DNA of 64,000 bases from Caulobacteraceae bacterium (lineage in GTDB: Bacteria > Pseudomonadota > Alphaproteobacteria > Caulobacterales > Caulobacteraceae): contig DASXOP010000057.1 of the NCBI GenBank assembly GCA_036494265.1, positions 10,539 through 74,538 of the forward strand. The letters are read 5' to 3'. Of this stretch, positions 61,479 to 64,000 are shown in pieces. The translations under genes and the position numbers were made by a program. The notes beneath the pieces were generated by a model that made no database searches, was not told the origin of the DNA, and worked only from the letters and a program-made list of their open reading frames with translations. The number at the start of each line of letters is the position of its first letter. Positions within the stretch are counted from its first letter, which is position 1.

Positions 61479-62620
61479 GCGAGCATCGCTGGCTGCCGGT
61501 CCGCGGCGCCGAGGGCCGCCACTCGCGACAGGCTCATGCCGACATGCCAGAGGGCACCTTCGAGCGAGAGATGTCGAAGGAGGGTTTCTTCGGCCCCGCC
61601 GCCTTCTTCCACCACCCGCGCCCGCCGACCGGCTGGACCAGCTTCGAGGGGCCGCTGCGCCCACGCGCCTTCAACCTCGCCGCGCTCAACGCCGCGCCCG
61701 CCTCGCCGTGGGACGCGCCGAAGGTGCTGGCCAACGCGGCGATGGAGCTGCGGTTCTGGAAGCTGGCGTCGCCGATGCCAGCGCTCGCCCGCAACGCCGA
61801 TGGCGACACCCTGCTCTTCGTCCACCAGGGCGCGGGCGACCTCTTCTGCGATTTCGGCCGCATCGCGTTCGTCCCGGGCGACTACCTCTACCTGCCGCGC
61901 GGAACCATGTGGCGGCTGGCCCCCGGGGGCGCCGCTGCGTTCCTGCTGATCGAAGCGACCAACACCCACTTCACCTTGCCCGAGCGCGGCGTCCTCGGCC
62001 CTCACGCGATCTTCGATCCGGCGATGCTCGACACGCCTGCGATGGACGAGGCCTTCCGCGCTCACCAGGCCGAGGCCGGCGAGGTTCGGGTGGAGGTGAA
62101 GAAGCGCGGGCAGGTCTCGATCGTGACCTATCCGTACAACCCTCTCGACGCGGTCGGCTGGCACGGCGACCTCGCGCCAGTGCGGCTCAACGTGCGCGAT
62201 ATCCGGCCGGTCTCGAGCCACCGCTACCACATCCCGCCCTCGGTCCACGCCACCTTCGCGTCCGACCGGTTCGTGGTCTGCACCTTCGCCCCTCGGCCGT
62301 TCGAGACCGATCCCGGCGCGCTCAAGGTGCCATTCTTCCACAACAACGACGACTACGACGAGGTGCTGTTTTACCACGCCGGCGACTTCTTCAGCCGCGA
62401 CAACATCGATGCCGGCATGCTCACCTTCCACCCGTCCGGCTTCACCCACGGGCCGCACCCGAAGGCGCTGAAATCCATGCTGGTTCAGTCGAAACCGGCG
62501 ACGGACGAGTATGCGGTAATGATCGACGCCCGCGACCCGCTCGACGTCTGCGAGGGCGTCGAAGCGGTCGAGAACACGCGCTATGTGGAAAGCTGGAAAG
62601 GCGCATCTGGCGCTGGCTAG
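61475..62620 (+). CDS. hmgA: Homogentisate 1,2-dioxygenase, short (about 380-aa) type
   Basis: The position after hppD with an ATGA overlap supports the call. So do the cupin-like core and an N-terminus (EGFFGPAAFFHHPRPPT) resembling the short Firmicute-type HGO I recall. Confidence is lower than for phhA and hppD. Confidence 0.8.
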   Translation: MSEHRWLPVRGAEGRHSRQAHADMPEGTFEREMSKEGFFGPAAFFHHPRPPTGWTSFEGPLRPRAFNLAALNAAPASPWDAPKVLANAAMELRFWKLASPMPALARNADGDTLLFVHQGAGDLFCDFGRIAFVPGDYLYLPRGTMWRLAPGGAAAFLLIEATNTHFTLPERGVLGPHAIFDPAMLDTPAMDEAFRAHQAEAGEVRVEVKKRGQVSIVTYPYNPLDAVGWHGDLAPVRLNVRDIRPVSSHRYHIPPSVHATFASDRFVVCTFAPRPFETDPGALKVPFFHNNDDYDEVLFYHAGDFFSRDNIDAGMLTFHPSGFTHGPHPKALKSMLVQSKPATDEYAVMIDARDPLDVCEGVEAVENTRYVESWKGASGAG

Positions 62621-62734
62621 CCCCTCCACCGCTTCGCGGTCCCCCTCCCCTGCTGCGCAGGGGAGGATATCGCAGCCGTGCAGGCGCTTCTCCTCCACCA
62701 AACGGTGGAGGGGGACCGCGGAGCGGTGGAGGGG
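62621..62734. repeat. Inverted pair of a variant of the CCCCTCCACC..GGTCCCCCTCCCC repeat
   Basis: The left copy is cccctccaccgcttcgcggtccccctcccc (62621-62650), followed by tgctgcgcaggggagg. The inverted copy is ggtggagggggaccgcggagcggtggagggg (62704-62734). Confidence 0.7.
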
Positions 62735-62899
62735 CGCCGCGCGCTCGGAGGAAAACGCTGCCCTGCGACCAAACGCGAGGCGCCATTCGCGGGGTAAGGG
62801 CGCCATGATCCGGACGTAGACGCGTGGTCTTCAACAGTCGCTTAGCCCTTCCGTCCCATAGTCGCGGGCCAGGATGTCCATTTTGCCTAGGCGGTCCGC

Positions 62900-63652
62900 G
62901 TGAGCGACTTCAGCCGAGACGTATTGGCTAGGCGGCCGCCGCCGAAGGCCCGTCGTCGCGCGGCCGGCCTGGCGCTGAGCTTTGCCGCCCATGCCGTGAT
63001 CGTCGGGCTGGTGATCACCACCTGGCGTGCGCCGCCGCAGGCGTTCGAGGTCCAGCCGATCGCCGTGGAGCTGATCCAGCCGCCGCCGCCCCCGCCGCCA
63101 CCTCCTCCGCCGCCGCAACCCTCGACGCCCAAGGCTGTCGCACACCTGCAGACGCCGAAGCCGCCGGCCGCCCACAATCTCGTCCTCCATCGCACGCCAA
63201 AGCCGCCGGCCGAGGTCGCGACCTTGGCGATGGCGCCGACCAAGACCGCCGTCAGCGGCGATGAACTCAGCGAGGCCCAGATCGCCGGCGCCTCCAGCGG
63301 CGGCGGCGGCGGAGCCGGCGGCTCAGGCCGCGGCTGCGACATGGCCGGCCGGCTGCAAGGCGCGCTGCGCAAGGATGAGCTGGTGCGGACCGCGGTCTCT
63401 GGCCTCGGCGGCAAGGCCGTGATGGTCTGGAACGGCGACTGGGTGCAGCACGACGGGCAGGACGGCCGCGGTCTCGCCGCCGTCCGCGAGGCGATCATGT
63501 GGGAGGTAGCGTTCGCGCCTGCCGCCTGCCGCGCGGAGCCGGTGCATGGTCTGGTGCTGCTATCGTTGAACGGTCCCGGCGCGCCCCGCCTGGCGGTCGG
63601 CTCCGGCGACTGGCGCTGGTCCGATCTGCTCGGCACGCGCTACAGCCGCTAA
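62900..63652 (+). CDS. Membrane-anchored proline-rich protein (TonB-like N-terminal architecture, non-TonB C-terminus)
   Basis: It starts at the GTG at 62900. It has the TM helix LALSFAAHAVIVGLVITTW, a run of 12 prolines plus PKPP repeats, and a Gly-rich segment. The C-terminal domain of about 100 aa has no recognised motif. Confidence 0.6.
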   Translation: MSDFSRDVLARRPPPKARRRAAGLALSFAAHAVIVGLVITTWRAPPQAFEVQPIAVELIQPPPPPPPPPPPPQPSTPKAVAHLQTPKPPAAHNLVLHRTPKPPAEVATLAMAPTKTAVSGDELSEAQIAGASSGGGGGAGGSGRGCDMAGRLQGALRKDELVRTAVSGLGGKAVMVWNGDWVQHDGQDGRGLAAVREAIMWEVAFAPAACRAEPVHGLVLLSLNGPGAPRLAVGSGDWRWSDLLGTRYSR

Positions 63653-63723
63653 AACCACCCTTAATACGGAAAAGGGGCCGCCCTCGCGAGCAGCCCCATT
63701 CCCCACTCCCGCGTGTTGCCTAG

Positions 63724-64000
63724 TTAGGCCAGCACGATCACGACGACGCGGCGGTTTTGCGCCCGGCCGTCGCGGGTGGTGTTGGGCGCCACCGGCGAAT
63801 CCGGACCGTAAGAAATGGTCGCCATCCGGTTAAGGGCCACGCCCTGTTCGTTCATGTACCGACGCACGGCCTCGGCGCGCTCTTCGCCGAGATGGTCGTT
63901 GAGAGGCTTCGGGCCGGTATTATCGGTGTGGCCCTGGATCTCCAGGTAGACGTTACGGTTGTCCGACTTCAGCTTGGTCGCGAAGTCGGCCAGGCGGGTC
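63724..64000 (-). CDS. OmpA/MotB-domain protein, C-terminal part (gene continues beyond the window)
   Basis: The reverse-strand translation is ...VYLEIQGHTDNTGPKPLNDHLGEERAEAVRRYMNEQGVALNRMATISYGPDSPVAPNTTRDGRAQNRRVVVIVLA, ending at the TAA at 63724-63726. Confidence 0.85.
   Translation of the reverse strand, partial: TRLADFATKLKSDNRNVYLEIQGHTDNTGPKPLNDHLGEERAEAVRRYMNEQGVALNRMATISYGPDSPVAPNTTRDGRAQNRRVVVIVLA

Noticed and set aside
1-64000. Search by eye for tRNA, rRNA, tmRNA, transposase, integrase or phage genes
   Set aside because: I found no T-loop/acceptor-like conserved strings, no rRNA-like segments and no DDE, tyrosine-recombinase or serine-recombinase ORFs. Absence by eye is not proof. 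tRNAscan-SE, Infernal and ISfinder-type searches would settle it.

Overview
High-GC (by eye about two-thirds G+C) chromosomal segment of alphaproteobacterial type. Supporting hints are a DUF1465/RcdA-like gene, a PleD-D1-like receiver, a PEPxxWA-CTERM protein and GC-rich palindromic intergenic elements. I can support about 55 protein-coding genes. I recognised no rRNA, tRNA, CRISPR array, transposase, integrase or phage structural gene. All family calls rest on motif recognition in the supplied ORF translations, since no searches could be run.

Core blocks:
- rpmE.
- An adaptive-response operon (ada-alkA fusion plus ogt).
- The suhB-like gene, a GDPD-like gene, and gap-pgk-fba-thiE.
- A class A PBP.
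- A fatty-acyl-CoA style cluster: AMP-ligase, APH-fold kinase, crotonase, nitronate monooxygenase and TetR.
- Two aldehyde dehydrogenases and an aldo-keto reductase.
- An Lrp-phhA-hppD-hmgA aromatic amino acid catabolic operon.
- Two OmpA-family proteins.

Items most worth a second look:
1. A receiver, a sensor-less histidine kinase and a HerA/DUF87 ATPase form a module at 35131-38242. It has no nuclease or effector partner and sits behind the most AT-rich intergenic region of the window.
2. Six tightly packed genes at 41309-50069 encode a P450, a SAM methyltransferase, a GlpD-like enzyme, an alkyl-DHAP-synthase-like flavoprotein, an FGGY kinase and a secreted Ntn acylase.
3. A full-length Tet(M)/OtrA-type ribosomal-protection GTPase homologue at 53092-55029 is preceded by an overlapping uORF with a Shine-Dalgarno sequence.
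4. An interlocking hairpin cluster lies at 6296-6449.
5. A low-GC islet carrying an orphan gene lies at about 26040-27000.
6. A GDPD-fold protein has substituted catalytic histidines and only a CTG available as its start codon.
7. A run of 30 consecutive proline codons occurs in an OmpA-like protein.
8. At least four families of palindromic or MITE-like repeats occupy nearly every long intergenic gap.
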